A DNA stretch of 64,000 nt from Candidatus Zixiibacteriota bacterium (GCA_030605835.1 JAUWHO010000035.1:35776-99775); one strand, 5' to 3'. Counted from the first letter of the stretch, positions 38,701 through 49,675 are shown. Made by a program: numbers and translations. The notes: generated by a model from the sequence alone, not told the origin.

Positions 38701-39384
38701 TCAGTGGCGATGATACCCTCGTTTGCGGCGCAGCCTCCTCTCCCAGAAGGGGAAGAGCAAAAGCCCCGCGATGAATCCGCCAATATGAGCGAAGAAGGCG
38801 ATCCCTCCCATGCCCCGCAGAGCCAGGCTCGGTAGTCCATAAAGGAGTTGCAGAATGAACCAGAATCCCAGAAAGAAGATCGCCGGAATTCTCACCAGCC
38901 GAATGAAAAAACCAAACCAGATGAGAGTCAATATCCGCGCGTTCGGAAACCTGATGAGGTACGCTCCTAAAACCCCGGCGATGGCTCCGGAGGCTCCCAC
39001 CATCGGAATCGAGGAGTGAGGTGTAACCATTATGTGCGCCAGGGAAGCTAGCACCCCGCATATTAGATAGAAAATCAGGAAGCGGAGATGTCCTAGCTGG
39101 TCTTCGATGTTTTTGCCGAAGATCCAGAGAAACAGCATGTTTCCGATCAAGTGAAACCAGCCCCCGTGGAGGAACATCGCCGTTAGAACCGTCAGGGGCG
39201 CGGGGAAGTCGGTCATTCGGAAGGAGGTCACCGCCTCGGGGACCGCACCGTAGGTGAAAACAAATCCGGTAGCAGCCTCCCCCAGCGTCTGCTGATAGAA
39301 GAATATCAGACTGTTCAATACGATTATGCCGATCGTGAAGAGGGGGAAAGTTGAGGTGGGATTGTCATCTTTGAGGGGAATCAT
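38701..39384 (-). CDS. Rhomboid intramembrane serine protease
   Basis: MFLHGGWFHLIGNM, GASGA (Ser), AHIGG (His). Confidence 0.93.
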   Translation of the reverse strand: MIPLKDDNPTSTFPLFTIGIIVLNSLIFFYQQTLGEAATGFVFTYGAVPEAVTSFRMTDFPAPLTVLTAMFLHGGWFHLIGNMLFLWIFGKNIEDQLGHLRFLIFYLICGVLASLAHIMVTPHSSIPMVGASGAIAGVLGAYLIRFPNARILTLIWFGFFIRLVRIPAIFFLGFWFILQLLYGLPSLALRGMGGIAFFAHIGGFIAGLLLFPFWERRLRRKRGYHRH

Positions 39385-39443
39385 CTACAATAATCGACAG
39401 TTTCGAGTGCAGAAATACAGTGATAAATGATGGTAGGTGACGC

Positions 39444-41522
39444 TCATTTTGACTCTACAATTGTGAAAACCGACCTGCGAACGGTTTTGTTTCCGCAGAC
39501 ATCGGTGGCAGAGACCACCAGAGTGTGTTTCCCGTATTTCAACGGTTGCCGCACCCGATAGGACAGCTTTTCGGTCTCGTAATCGTATTCCGCTGGAACC
39601 CAAACCCCGTCGATGGTAACTTCGATATCCTCCTCCCTCACAATTCCGCTCAAATCATCCCGGAGCTGAGCGAAGATCCTGGGGGTCCTACTGGTGAGTT
39701 TACTTCCGGAGCTGGGATAAAGGCGCGATATTCGCGGCGGCTCTGAATCCTCTAAGAGGACGAAAGTCGCAAAGTAATCGATCTTTGCCGAGATGGTCAT
39801 AGACTCGCCATCGAACTCATTTCCCTTGAAGTCAAAAGTGGTATCCTGCTCCAGTTCATAAATGCCGAGCTTGGAGCGCTCCCCTTCGTAGGAGCTTAGG
39901 TCGTATGAGAGCTTTGCTCTCTTTACGAAGGGGACAGTCTGCGGGAAAAACGCATAAGCGGACGAACCCAGTTTACCTGAAGGTGGAACTTCAACATCTT
40001 CGATTTTGCACTTTGGTCCAATTCCGAAATAAAGAGACCCCGCGTCGAATTCGACCGAGACCATTCCATCGTCTGACTGATAAACCCCTCCCGGAGGACC
40101 AATTGACTTGGTCTCTCCACCGTCATGATCATCCTCGATGGTGATTTTACTTTTCCAAGCAGTGTCACTCGGGCTATATGCGAAGAGAGTGTCGGGGATG
40201 ATGGCTCTGAGAAGATAAGCGCTCCTGGTCTCCCAGATATCGAGAGCGCTCACCCGGAACTGGAAGGTGTCGGTGGAATCTTCGACCCAGTCTATTCTAT
40301 AGACCACACTCTTCCCCTCTCCGGGCAGTGATCCCAGATATTCCCAGTCTCCGTCTCTTCGGATTTCGAATTCCACCATCCAGATTGCGAAGTCGCCAGC
40401 GTTGATGTAAGCTCTGGCGGAGAAGCTATTGTTTCCCTTAAATGAAAGTTCGAGGCTGACCACCTGTGGCGGGCGATCCACCAGAAGCTCGAAGTTCAAC
40501 TCCGAGAAGTTATCGTTGCAATCGTAAGCTCTGATCATGCCTCTATGTTTGCCCGGATGGAGAGCCTTCTGAACCTCGGTATCCAGAACTCCCCGACAAG
40601 GTTCACGGACCAAGTCGTAAAGATTGTAGTAGGTGTGATAGTCGAGATCGTCCTCAGAGGTGGCCAGTTGGCGCCGTAATCCAAAGTCCTTGAAAAGCTC
40701 CTGCTGCCTGGTGGTCTCAAAGGAAGTCTTGTCGAATCTCTCGGAGAAAATGAGACTATCGTCGAGGAAGAACTCCAGAGCATACACGCCGTAAGAATCT
40801 GTCGCCCTATAAATCCTATCGATGACGTTTACCTCCACTCCGAAACGACCGGAAACCGCCGGCGCCTCTATGAGTTCATAACGCTCCTCCGCTCGCTCGT
40901 AATAGGCCGGTATGATCTCACAGCTTCCGCTGTCCCGCCAGGGAGTCCGGGGGGGTAAATCCCGAATGGCTAAATTCAGAAATCTCGGGGGGAGAGTGTC
41001 TTCGATCTTGTAACCGTTTTTCAGTGGATTGATGGGATTGTTACTCTGGTCTCGCATCTCGAAGTGGAGGTGGGGACCACCGGAGCCGGTCTGGCCGGTG
41101 TAGCCGATCAGCTGCCCCTTCTTTATAGGCACCTCCCCGGGCTCGTAGAAGAGGTTTGTGTAATAGGTGCGCTTCTTCACCTGCTCCCGGAAAACCCTCT
41201 TCTCGATCTCAGAATTGAACCTCGACAGATGACCGAAAACTAAGATTCGACCATCATTCAGACGTATGTAAAGTGCCCTGCCGTAACCCCAGAAGGAGGT
41301 ATAGGTGCGATAGAGGTGACCATCTCCGGGGGCATAGACCCGCACTCCGACCTTCCCACCGGTCCTAAAATCCAGGCCGGAATGATAATGGAAGGATCGA
41401 TAATCACAGAAAATGGATGAGAGGGAGACCTCCCGTTTTAGAGGCCACTGTAATTCTGCCCCCGACGAGAACTGAACTGGAAAGAGAAGCAGGAAGAGGA
41501 GATATTTAGCGAGTCTGGACAC
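39444..41522 (-). CDS. Exported M23-family metallopeptidase with C-terminal Ig-like domains
   Basis: Signal peptide; HSGLDF (HxxxD), GPHLHFEMR, NPINPL. Confidence 0.87.
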   Translation of the reverse strand: MSRLAKYLLFLLLFPVQFSSGAELQWPLKREVSLSSIFCDYRSFHYHSGLDFRTGGKVGVRVYAPGDGHLYRTYTSFWGYGRALYIRLNDGRILVFGHLSRFNSEIEKRVFREQVKKRTYYTNLFYEPGEVPIKKGQLIGYTGQTGSGGPHLHFEMRDQSNNPINPLKNGYKIEDTLPPRFLNLAIRDLPPRTPWRDSGSCEIIPAYYERAEERYELIEAPAVSGRFGVEVNVIDRIYRATDSYGVYALEFFLDDSLIFSERFDKTSFETTRQQELFKDFGLRRQLATSEDDLDYHTYYNLYDLVREPCRGVLDTEVQKALHPGKHRGMIRAYDCNDNFSELNFELLVDRPPQVVSLELSFKGNNSFSARAYINAGDFAIWMVEFEIRRDGDWEYLGSLPGEGKSVVYRIDWVEDSTDTFQFRVSALDIWETRSAYLLRAIIPDTLFAYSPSDTAWKSKITIEDDHDGGETKSIGPPGGVYQSDDGMVSVEFDAGSLYFGIGPKCKIEDVEVPPSGKLGSSAYAFFPQTVPFVKRAKLSYDLSSYEGERSKLGIYELEQDTTFDFKGNEFDGESMTISAKIDYFATFVLLEDSEPPRISRLYPSSGSKLTSRTPRIFAQLRDDLSGIVREEDIEVTIDGVWVPAEYDYETEKLSYRVRQPLKYGKHTLVVSATDVCGNKTVRRSVFTIVESK

Positions 41523-41537
41523 GGTCGGTTGTTTTGC

Positions 41538-42443
41538 TCACTCGTAAACTTCCCGTATCAATAGACTGAAGTCCAACGTTTTCGAGGAGTGAGTTAGTGC
41601 CCCCACGGAAATGAAATCGACCCCGGTTTCGGCGATCTCTCTCACGTTTTTCAGATTCACACCGCCGGACACCTCCAGCTTGGGTGCCTCGCCTTTTTCA
41701 ACCTCTGATCTTTTGACGATCTCAACTCCCTCTTTAATCTCCTCGACATCGAAGTTATCCAACATTATTATGTCGGGTGAGAATTTCAGCGCCTCTTTGA
41801 GCTCCTCGGTGTTTTTCACCTCAACTTCGATCTTGAGACTATGCCGACCCTTGGTTTGCCCCTCGTATTCATCAACGTAGAGTCTGGCAGCCCTCAATGC
41901 CGCCTCTATCCCGCCGCAAGCGGCGAGGTGGTTCTCCTTGATCAAGATCATGTCGTATAGCCCGAAGCGATGGTTTTCGCCGCCGCCGACGGTGACGGCG
42001 TATTTCTCCAACAGGCGCATACCCGGGGTGGTCTTGCGGGTATCCAAAATCTTGCTTTCGGTTCCCTTGATTCTCTCCACGAACTTGGAGGTCAAAGTGG
42101 CTATGCCGGAGAGCCGGCCCAGGAAATTCAAGGCCACCCTTTCGCCTCTGAGGATCGGCTCCAGTTCTCCTTCAATGGTCAGAACCACCTCCCCCTCTTT
42201 TATCTTTTGACCATCCTGGAGCTCAGTCTCGATTTTCAGGTCTTTATCCAGTTTTTTGAATAGGTTCTGAGTGAACTCTAACCCCGCGATGACGCCTCCA
42301 TCCCTGGCAATCACCTCCGCCAGACCCTTCCTCCCCTTGGGAACCACCGCCGCAGTGGTGACATCTCCGACTCCGACATCCTCGGTAAGAGCGACGTCTA
42401 TCAGGCCATCCAGGTATTTCTCTTCTTCCCGCACGATCTTCAA
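41538..42443 (-). CDS. nadC: Nicotinate-nucleotide diphosphorylase (carboxylating)
   Basis: GDVTT, ERVALNF, DTRKTTPG, NHRFGL, IKENH, IMLDN, SGG, SVGALTHS. Confidence 0.96.
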   Translation of the reverse strand: MKIVREEEKYLDGLIDVALTEDVGVGDVTTAAVVPKGRKGLAEVIARDGGVIAGLEFTQNLFKKLDKDLKIETELQDGQKIKEGEVVLTIEGELEPILRGERVALNFLGRLSGIATLTSKFVERIKGTESKILDTRKTTPGMRLLEKYAVTVGGGENHRFGLYDMILIKENHLAACGGIEAALRAARLYVDEYEGQTKGRHSLKIEVEVKNTEELKEALKFSPDIIMLDNFDVEEIKEGVEIVKRSEVEKGEAPKLEVSGGVNLKNVREIAETGVDFISVGALTHSSKTLDFSLLIREVYE

Positions 42444-42485
42444 GTTATCTGAATCGGCCTCTCAGTCAAGTTCTTTGTGGGGATT

Positions 42486-42562
42486 GGTTAGTGGTTAGTA
42501 GTGAGTGGTGAGTTGTCCTTCCCTTGTTCCCTGTCTCCCGTTTCCTGTTTCCTGTTACCTGT
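42486..42562. repeat. Degenerate tandem heptamer repeats (GGTTAGT/GGTGAGT and TTCCTGT types)
   Basis: ggttagt ggttagt agtgagt ggtgagt ... tccctgt ctcccgt ttcctgt ttcctgt tacctgt. Confidence 0.7.
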
Positions 42563-42669
42563 TTTGCAATACGGTCTGTCGTTTGGCTTGACATAGGTTA
42601 ACGGATAGCTCAAATTATAGGCTCGATGAGATAAAGAAGCGCGTTGACTTTCATTTTCGGTGAATTAGT

Positions 42670-43731
42670 ATGAAAAAGATAGCAGTAATCCCCGGCGACG
42701 GCATCGGGATTGACGTCACGGGCGAGGCCCTCAAGGTTCTGAACGTCTTCCAGGAGCACGGCGGAGTTGAGCTCGATTTGGTCCATTTCGATTTCGGCGC
42801 CGAAAGGTACCTAAAAACCGGCGTAAGCCTCCCCCCGGAGATGATTACAGAGTTCCGCGAAAATTTTGATGCCATCTTCATCGGGGCTCTGGGAGACCCA
42901 AGAATACCGGATATGGCCCACGCCCGAGACATCCTCTTGGGCTTGCGCTTCAACTTAGACCTGTATGTGAACTATCGCCCGGTGAAACTTCTGGATGAGA
43001 AGCTCTGCCCCCTTAAGGACAAGACCTGCAAGGAGGTGAACTTCGTCGTATTCCGCGAGAACACCGAGGGAACGTATGTCGGAATTGGGGGCAATTTCAA
43101 GACCGGGACTCCCGATGAGGTTGCCGTTCAGGAGAGCTTGAACACCCGCAAGGGAGTGGAGCGAATCATCCGCTACGCTTTCGAGTATGCTCAAAAGAAT
43201 GGACATCACAAGGTCACCATGAGCGACAAGAGCAACGCCATGCGCTTCGAGGGGGACCTGTGGCAGAGAGCTTTTCAGGAGGTCGGGGAAGAGTATCCGG
43301 AGATTGAAAAACAGCACCTCTTCGTCGACGCCCTGGTGATGCAGATGGTGAAGCGCCCGGAGCAGTTTGAGGTGATTGTGACCTGCAACATGTTCGGGGA
43401 CATCGTTACCGACCTGGGAGCACAGCTTCAGGGGGGATTGGGCATGGCGGGCTCTGGAAACATCAACCCCGAAGGCACCTCCATGTTCGAGCCGGTGCAC
43501 GGCTCCGCTCCCAAATATGGCGGCAAGAACATCGCTAATCCTTTCGGGGCCATCCTCACAGTTCAATTAATGCTTGAGTATTTAGGTTATCCCTCCCAGG
43601 CGAAAATGGTCGAGGAGGCGGTCATCAAAGCGATTCGAGAGAATCAGACCACCAGAGACCTCGGCGGAGGTTTAGGAACTAAAGAAGCCGGGGATTACAT
43701 CTGCCAGGAGATCAAGAAGCGTTTGAGCTGA
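42670..43731 (+). CDS. leuB: 3-isopropylmalate dehydrogenase (isocitrate/isopropylmalate dehydrogenase family)
   Basis: [33 protein letters not shown]. Confidence 0.82.
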   Translation: MKKIAVIPGDGIGIDVTGEALKVLNVFQEHGGVELDLVHFDFGAERYLKTGVSLPPEMITEFRENFDAIFIGALGDPRIPDMAHARDILLGLRFNLDLYVNYRPVKLLDEKLCPLKDKTCKEVNFVVFRENTEGTYVGIGGNFKTGTPDEVAVQESLNTRKGVERIIRYAFEYAQKNGHHKVTMSDKSNAMRFEGDLWQRAFQEVGEEYPEIEKQHLFVDALVMQMVKRPEQFEVIVTCNMFGDIVTDLGAQLQGGLGMAGSGNINPEGTSMFEPVHGSAPKYGGKNIANPFGAILTVQLMLEYLGYPSQAKMVEEAVIKAIRENQTTRDLGGGLGTKEAGDYICQEIKKRLS

Positions 43732-43738
43732 CATCCAT

Positions 43739-44998
43739 ATGGGAATGACTATCACCGAAAAGATCTTTGCCGCCCACTCCGGAAGGGATTCAGTTAAACC
43801 CAGCGAGCTGGTCTTCGCCAAAGTCGATCTGGTCATGGGAACTGATGTAACTGTCCCCCTCTCGGTGGAGGTCTTTAACCGGATGGGGGCAAAGGAGGTG
43901 TTCGACCCCAAAAAGATCGCCCTGGTCAACGACCATTTCGTCCCCGCCAAGGATGTCAAGGCCGCGGGGCTGTCGAAGATCATGCGGGAGTTCGCCCGAA
44001 AGCAGGAGATCGATAACTACTTCGAGGTAGGACGCTCCGGAATATGCCATGCCCTTCTGCCGGAGAAGGGTTTAGTCTTGCCCGGAGATTTAGTCGTCGG
44101 CGCCGACTCCCATACTTGCACCTATGGGGCTTTGGGGGCTTTCGCGACCGGTGTGGGAAGCACCGACATGGCGACCTCCTGGGCTTTGGGCGAGAACTGG
44201 TTCCGGATACCGCCCTCAATCAAAATCGTTTACAGCGGTAAATTGCCGGAGATGGTCGGCGGCAAAGACTTGATTCTTTACACCATTGGACAGTTAGGAG
44301 TGGATGGCGCGGTTTACTGCAGCTTAGAGTTCACCGGAGAGGTGGTTAGACAGCTCCCGCTTTCGGACCGCTTCACCATCTGCAACATGGCCATTGAGGC
44401 CGGCGCCAAGGGGGGGATCATGGAGGCTGACGAGAAGGTTACAGATTATGTCACCGAGCGATCTACCAGAGAGTTCACCATTTATGAGTCCGATGAGGAT
44501 GCCTCTTATCTAAAGACATACGAATTCGATGTCTCCGATCTGGAGCCGCAGGTGGCTTCGCCCTATCTCCCCAGCAACGTGAAACCGATCTCGGAGGTGG
44601 AGCCGATCAAAATCGACCAGGTGGTCATCGGTTCCTGCACCAACGGACATCTGGAGGATTTCCGGAATGCGGCTCAGATTCTCAAAGGCAAGAAGGTCCA
44701 TCGGGACGTTCGTTTGATCGTCATTCCCAGCACTCAGCTAATCTTGCAGGAGATGATCTCGGAAGGCCTGATTCAAGTATTCATCGAGGCCGGGGCAGTG
44801 ATTAGCCCCCCGACCTGTGGACCCTGCATCGGTGGACATATGGGGGTTCTGGCGGAGAATGAGGTGGGGCTTTACACTACAAATCGGAATTTCAAGGGGC
44901 GAAACGGGCATCCCACAAGTAGAGTTTACCTCTGCAGCCCGGTGGTTGCCGCCGCCTCCGCCATAAAAGGGGTGATTACCGATCCGAGGAAGCTGTAG
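43739..44998 (+). CDS. leuC: 3-isopropylmalate dehydratase/homoaconitase large subunit (short type)
   Basis: TITEKI, DHFVP, GICH, GADSHTCT, IGSCTNG, CGPCIG, TTNRNFKGR. Confidence 0.85.
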   Translation: MGMTITEKIFAAHSGRDSVKPSELVFAKVDLVMGTDVTVPLSVEVFNRMGAKEVFDPKKIALVNDHFVPAKDVKAAGLSKIMREFARKQEIDNYFEVGRSGICHALLPEKGLVLPGDLVVGADSHTCTYGALGAFATGVGSTDMATSWALGENWFRIPPSIKIVYSGKLPEMVGGKDLILYTIGQLGVDGAVYCSLEFTGEVVRQLPLSDRFTICNMAIEAGAKGGIMEADEKVTDYVTERSTREFTIYESDEDASYLKTYEFDVSDLEPQVASPYLPSNVKPISEVEPIKIDQVVIGSCTNGHLEDFRNAAQILKGKKVHRDVRLIVIPSTQLILQEMISEGLIQVFIEAGAVISPPTCGPCIGGHMGVLAENEVGLYTTNRNFKGRNGHPTSRVYLCSPVVAAASAIKGVITDPRKL

Positions 44999-45308
44999 AG
45001 GGGAAGAGTTACAGTTCCTCAAGAAGCCGACACCGCTTTAGCACGCCTTTTTAATCTGAACCGTTTCAGTCCTTATGGGAACCCCGATTGCAGCTCGATG
45101 TTTCTATTGCTGGGTGAATGGATATAACGAGAACCCATGGGAGGATGACTGATTAAGTAAGCTACCGCAGTGCCAGGCCTGACGATACACGTTGTCGTAA
45201 AGTCCTCCCCTCATAGAGACGAATTAGATTAAAGAGCTTGATATGTTTTTCACAAGCTGTTAGATTTGATTTTGAACCATTTGGGAATATCGGAAAGAGG
45301 ATATCATT

Positions 45309-47426
45309 ATGCACGATAGGGAATTAGATGCTATTTTTCGGCCCCGCTCCATTGCGGTTATCGGGGCTTCGACCAAGAAGCATACGATCGGGCGGGAGAT
45401 TCTTCACAGCATCATCGATTTCGAGTTCAACGGCAAGGTCTTCCCGGTAAACCCCAAGGCTCCGGTCATTCACAGCATTAAGGCTTATTCTACTATACTG
45501 GACGTCCCCGATGCCGTCGATTTGGCCATAATCATCGTTCCCAGGGATCATGTCAAACGGGTGGTGGAGCAGTGTGGAGATAAAGGGGTGAAAGGGTTGG
45601 TCATTATCACCGCTGGCTTTAAAGAAACCGGACCCGCAGGCGCCAAATTGGAGCAGGAGATCTTAGAGGTCGCCAGAAGTTATGGGATGCGCATGATCGG
45701 CCCCAACTGTTTCGGGGTCTTGAACACCGAGCCAAACGTCCAGATGGACACCACCTTCAGCAAGGTCCGGTCGCTTCCCGGGCGGATAGGGTTTGTCTCC
45801 CAGAGCGGCGCTTTGGGGCAGGTAATCATAGAATACGCCAGGAATCTGGGGTTGGGTTTCTCCATGTTCGCCTCCGTTGGCAACAAGGCCGACATCTCCG
45901 GCAACGACCTCCTCAGATACTGGCAGGACGATCCCTCCGTGGAACTGATACTCCTGTATCTGGAGAACTTCGGTGACCCTCGCACCTTCACCCAGATCGC
46001 CCGTCAGGTCACCAAGAAGAAACCGATCATCTGCGTGAAATCGGGAAGGACCACCCCCGGGGCACGTGCCGTTTCCTCCCACACCGGCGCCCTGGCGAAT
46101 CTTGACGTCGGTGTCGATGCCCTCTTCGATCAGTGTGGAGTTTTGAGAGTAGACTCAATCGAGGAGATGTTCGACTTGGCGCTGGCACTCTCCAGTCAGC
46201 CAATTCCTAAAAATAACAAGGTCGCCATAATCACCAATGCCGGGGGGCCAGCAATTCTGGCAACCGACGCTTGCGTTAACTGGGGTCTGGAGGTGCCGCG
46301 CCTGAAGGAGACCACCAAGAGGTTCTTGCGTCAACACCTCCCGGAACAGGCCTCGGTCGAAAACCCCATCGACCTGATTGCCTCCGCGGGGCCGGAGGGA
46401 TACAGCTTAGCTCTCGAAGCCGTGATGAAGGATGATAGCATCGGCTCGGTCCTGGCCATCTTCGTTCCGCCGGTGATGATAGATCCCAAGGCTATCATTG
46501 ACGTCATCGTCGAGGTCCGCAAGAGATATGAAAAGACCCTCCTGACCTGCTTTATGGGTCCGGCGGAGGTGATTCACGGGAGCGAGGGTCTGCTTCAGAA
46601 CAGAATCCCGATGTATATCTTCCCGGAGGCCGCCGCCAAAGCTTTAGCCGATATGGTCAAATATCGGCGTTGGGTGGAGAAAAAACCGGGCAAGACCGGC
46701 AAATACCCGGGAGACCGCTTAAAAGTGTCGGATATTATAGAAAAGAGCCTGGAGAGCGGGAAAACCCGCCTGGTGGGGGAGGAGGCCTTAGAGCTGTTCG
46801 GGGCTTATCGGATTCCGATTGCCGCATACGCCCTGGCCACAAAGCAAGCCGAGGCCGTCACCAGGGCGGAGAAGTTAGGCTACCCCCTGGTTATGAAGAT
46901 CAACAAGCCGGAGGTCTTGCATAAGACCGACATCGGAGGTGTCATCGTCGATATCAGAAATGCGAAGGAGGTCAAAACCGCCTACGGGAAACTCATCAAA
47001 AGCCTGAGCCGGGGAAAGAAAAAACAGAGGGTGACCGAGGTGCTTCTGCAACAGATGTTGAGGGGCGGAGTTGAGACCGTCTTCGGGATGACCCAGGACC
47101 CCAGCTTCGGTCCCTTGATGATGTTCGGTCTGGGAGGCATCTACGTCGAGGTGATGAAGGATGTCAGCTTCAAGATTCATCCTTTGACCGATAAAGATGC
47201 AGAGGAGATGATTCAGTCGGTGCGCGGCTATCCCCTTCTGACCGGCTTCCGCGGCTCCAAGCCGGTCGACATGGAGATCTTAAAGGAGATCCTGCTTAGG
47301 CTTTCGCAGCTGGTCGGCGACTTCCCGGAAATCGAGGAGTTCGACATCAATCCTTTCTTTGCCGCTCCGGAGAGAGCGCAATGTAAGGCCGTTGACGCCC
47401 GGATCATCTTGAAGAGCCCGAAATAG
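45309..47426 (+). CDS. ADP-forming acyl-CoA synthetase (fused alpha/beta, acetate--CoA ligase family)
   Basis: SIAVIGAS CoA-binding, GPNCFG, SQSG, SHTG (His), HKTDIGGV ATP-grasp, DINP. Confidence 0.92.
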   Translation: MHDRELDAIFRPRSIAVIGASTKKHTIGREILHSIIDFEFNGKVFPVNPKAPVIHSIKAYSTILDVPDAVDLAIIIVPRDHVKRVVEQCGDKGVKGLVIITAGFKETGPAGAKLEQEILEVARSYGMRMIGPNCFGVLNTEPNVQMDTTFSKVRSLPGRIGFVSQSGALGQVIIEYARNLGLGFSMFASVGNKADISGNDLLRYWQDDPSVELILLYLENFGDPRTFTQIARQVTKKKPIICVKSGRTTPGARAVSSHTGALANLDVGVDALFDQCGVLRVDSIEEMFDLALALSSQPIPKNNKVAIITNAGGPAILATDACVNWGLEVPRLKETTKRFLRQHLPEQASVENPIDLIASAGPEGYSLALEAVMKDDSIGSVLAIFVPPVMIDPKAIIDVIVEVRKRYEKTLLTCFMGPAEVIHGSEGLLQNRIPMYIFPEAAAKALADMVKYRRWVEKKPGKTGKYPGDRLKVSDIIEKSLESGKTRLVGEEALELFGAYRIPIAAYALATKQAEAVTRAEKLGYPLVMKINKPEVLHKTDIGGVIVDIRNAKEVKTAYGKLIKSLSRGKKKQRVTEVLLQQMLRGGVETVFGMTQDPSFGPLMMFGLGGIYVEVMKDVSFKIHPLTDKDAEEMIQSVRGYPLLTGFRGSKPVDMEILKEILLRLSQLVGDFPEIEEFDINPFFAAPERAQCKAVDARIILKSPK

Positions 47427-47430
47427 CAAA

Positions 47431-47543
47431 AGAGGTAACAGGAGACAGGGGACAGGGATTAGGAGGTAGGAGTTAGGAAGCCCAAGAGCCAAGAGGTGGT
47501 CGGGAGGTCACTCACCACTAACCAATCACCACTAACCACCAGC
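47431..47543. repeat. Degenerate tandem heptamer repeats
   Basis: acaggag acagggg acaggga ... actcacc actaacc aatcacc actaacc. Confidence 0.65.
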
Positions 47544-47554
47544 TTCCTTTTTCC

Positions 47555-47582
47555 TTGACAACCGAGGGGGTTTAAGTATATT
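47555..47582 (+). promoter_or_regulatory. Sigma70 promoter of the cold-shock gene (long 5' UTR)
   Basis: TTGACA-16 nt-TATATT about 170 nt upstream of the ATG. Confidence 0.55.
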
Positions 47583-47751
47583 GGTGATGAATGAATAGTT
47601 GTGAACTTCACTTGTAGGCTCTTGAGGTGTTGCCTCTGTTCTCTAAAACCCCTTGGATAAATCATCCGCATAGAAGGTATCTGTAACGGAAATTCCACCG
47701 CTTCTAAATATCAGTTGTTTGGGGTTATCCAGCCCCTAGGAGGAAGTTTTT

Positions 47752-47955
47752 ATGCCTACCGGCACTGTTAAATGGTTCAACCAGAAGAAGGGTTACGGCT
47801 TCATCATCCAAGAGGAGGGAGGTGAAGAGATTTTCGTTCACTTCTCCGCCATTTCTGGTGAAGGTTACAAGACCTTGGAGGCTGGAGACAGAGTGCAATT
47901 CGAAGTAAGCTCGGGCGATAAGGGACCGCAGGCCACAAACGTGGTCAGGTTATAG
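47752..47955 (+). CDS. Cold-shock protein
   Basis: GTVKWFN, KGYGFI (RNP1), FVHFS (RNP2), GPQA; AGGAGG RBS. Confidence 0.96.
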   Translation: MPTGTVKWFNQKKGYGFIIQEEGGEEIFVHFSAISGEGYKTLEAGDRVQFEVSSGDKGPQATNVVRL

Positions 47956-47995
47956 AGCTTCTCTTCGAAGGCTCACTTCTGGGGGAAGAAAACTC

Positions 47996-48030
47996 AAGGA
48001 CCCCGTGAGGCAGGCGGGGCCTTTTTATTT
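47996..48030 (+). terminator. Rho-independent terminator after csp
   Basis: AAGGACCCCG...CGGGGCCTT stem followed by a T-rich tail. Confidence 0.7.
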
Positions 48031-48169
48031 GGACAGATTATAGGGAGGCGATCTCTAAGCAGTGAATTCGCCACCTCAATTCGTGTGAACCAACCGCTGT
48101 GCTGGACAAATAGTTGAACAATTCGTCCTCCCGCTTTGGGGGGACTTTGCAGATGCCGATAGAATTTAG

Positions 48170-49675
48170 GTGAAAATGAAGTCCGCGAAGATTCTCTCCA
48201 ACCTGCTCACCATGGCTATTTTCGGCCTGTGGCTTTTCTCGATGGCGCTGGTTTTCAACGAGAGCTCCGGCACCGCCGGGGACTTCCCGGCCGCCTTCCT
48301 GGGAAAGCCCCTGGAGGGAGATACAGAAACCTGGATGGGTGTTTACAGCAGCGGGCACAAAATCGGCTATGCCATGCAGTCTCTAAGAAGGACCAACCTA
48401 GGTTACGTGCTCAAGGAGTACACCTATCTGAAGATAGTCTTAGGAGGGGTGGAAAAGGAGATTATGATGTACGGCCATTCAGTTCTTGACGATTCCTTCG
48501 CCGTCAAGAGCTTCAGCTTCGGTTTGGCCTCCGGAGATTACGAGACCGACCTTTTCGGCACCGTCCAGGGCAATCTGTTAGAGGTCGAACTTAAGACCTC
48601 CCCGAGGCAGTCGAAACTGACCTTTCCGTTGAAGAGAAAAATCTATCCCGTCGGGGCGGTACCCCACCTATTGGTCTCTCAGGATTTCTCTCAAAGGCAG
48701 TTCAGCCTCTCGACCTTCGATCCCATGAGCTTAAGCTCGGGAGAATTATTGGTCGCCATTGAGGCTCAAGAAGAGAGGAAGTTCAAAGGCAAGAAGCTCT
48801 TAGTCTACGACCTCAGCCTCTCTTTTTTGAATGTGGAGACCCGGATGAAGATAGACCAATTCGGCAACGTTCTGTGGCAGGAGGAGCCGGGGGGGATGAC
48901 GATGAGGTGGGAGACGAAGGAGGAGGCCCTAAGGATGCCGTTGGAGACAAGTCAGTCTCCGGATCTCTTGATCCAGTTGGCGGTCAAGTCCAACGTGGAG
49001 CTGCCCCATCCCCGAGAGCTCTCTTACCTGAAGGTTGAGCTAAAAAACATCGAGGCCGTCAACTTCCAGCTCGCTGGCGACCTTCAGAAGGTCATATCGG
49101 AGGAACCGCTGATAGTCGAGATCAACAACGAGCGCAGAGAAAACCTCTCCGGCCGGACTCTGACTGAAAAAGAAACCGAGCCCTCCCCGCTGGTCCAATC
49201 GGAGGATTTGAGGATCAAAAGACAGGCTGAAAAGATCGTCGCATCTGAGAATGATCCCTTGAAGAGAGCAGAGAAGCTCTGTTTGTGGGTTTTCGAGAAC
49301 GTGAAGAAGGATTTCGCGGTGTCCATCCCCTCCGCCATAGAGGTTCTGAGGGTGAGAAAGGGGGATTGCAACGAACACACCACTCTATTCGTGGCTTTGG
49401 CCCGCTCCATCGGAATCCCCTCCAAGATCTGCGTCGGTCTGGTTTACAAGGACGGCTATTTCTACTATCACGCCTGGCCGGAGGTCTGGATCGGCGAGGA
49501 TCTGGAAGACGGCTACTGGCTCCCGATGGATCCCACTTTCGGTCAGACCACCTCCGACGCCACCCACATCAAGCTTTTGGAGGGGGATTTGGAGAAACAG
49601 GTGGAGATCGCCCGGGTGGTGGGCAAACTCGAAGTCGAGGTCTTAGACTATGATAACCATCAGGAATTTAACTAA
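48170..49675 (+). CDS. Membrane-anchored transglutaminase-like protein
   Basis: N-terminal TM; GDCNEH (Cys), YHAWPEV (His), MDPTFGQ (Asp). Confidence 0.88.
   Translation: MKMKSAKILSNLLTMAIFGLWLFSMALVFNESSGTAGDFPAAFLGKPLEGDTETWMGVYSSGHKIGYAMQSLRRTNLGYVLKEYTYLKIVLGGVEKEIMMYGHSVLDDSFAVKSFSFGLASGDYETDLFGTVQGNLLEVELKTSPRQSKLTFPLKRKIYPVGAVPHLLVSQDFSQRQFSLSTFDPMSLSSGELLVAIEAQEERKFKGKKLLVYDLSLSFLNVETRMKIDQFGNVLWQEEPGGMTMRWETKEEALRMPLETSQSPDLLIQLAVKSNVELPHPRELSYLKVELKNIEAVNFQLAGDLQKVISEEPLIVEINNERRENLSGRTLTEKETEPSPLVQSEDLRIKRQAEKIVASENDPLKRAEKLCLWVFENVKKDFAVSIPSAIEVLRVRKGDCNEHTTLFVALARSIGIPSKICVGLVYKDGYFYYHAWPEVWIGEDLEDGYWLPMDPTFGQTTSDATHIKLLEGDLEKQVEIARVVGKLEVEVLDYDNHQEFN

Noticed and set aside
44999-45045. 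RGRV...DT peptide after leuC as a leuD remnant
   Set aside because: No start codon, wrong spacing relative to the LeuD N-terminal motif, too short to be significant.
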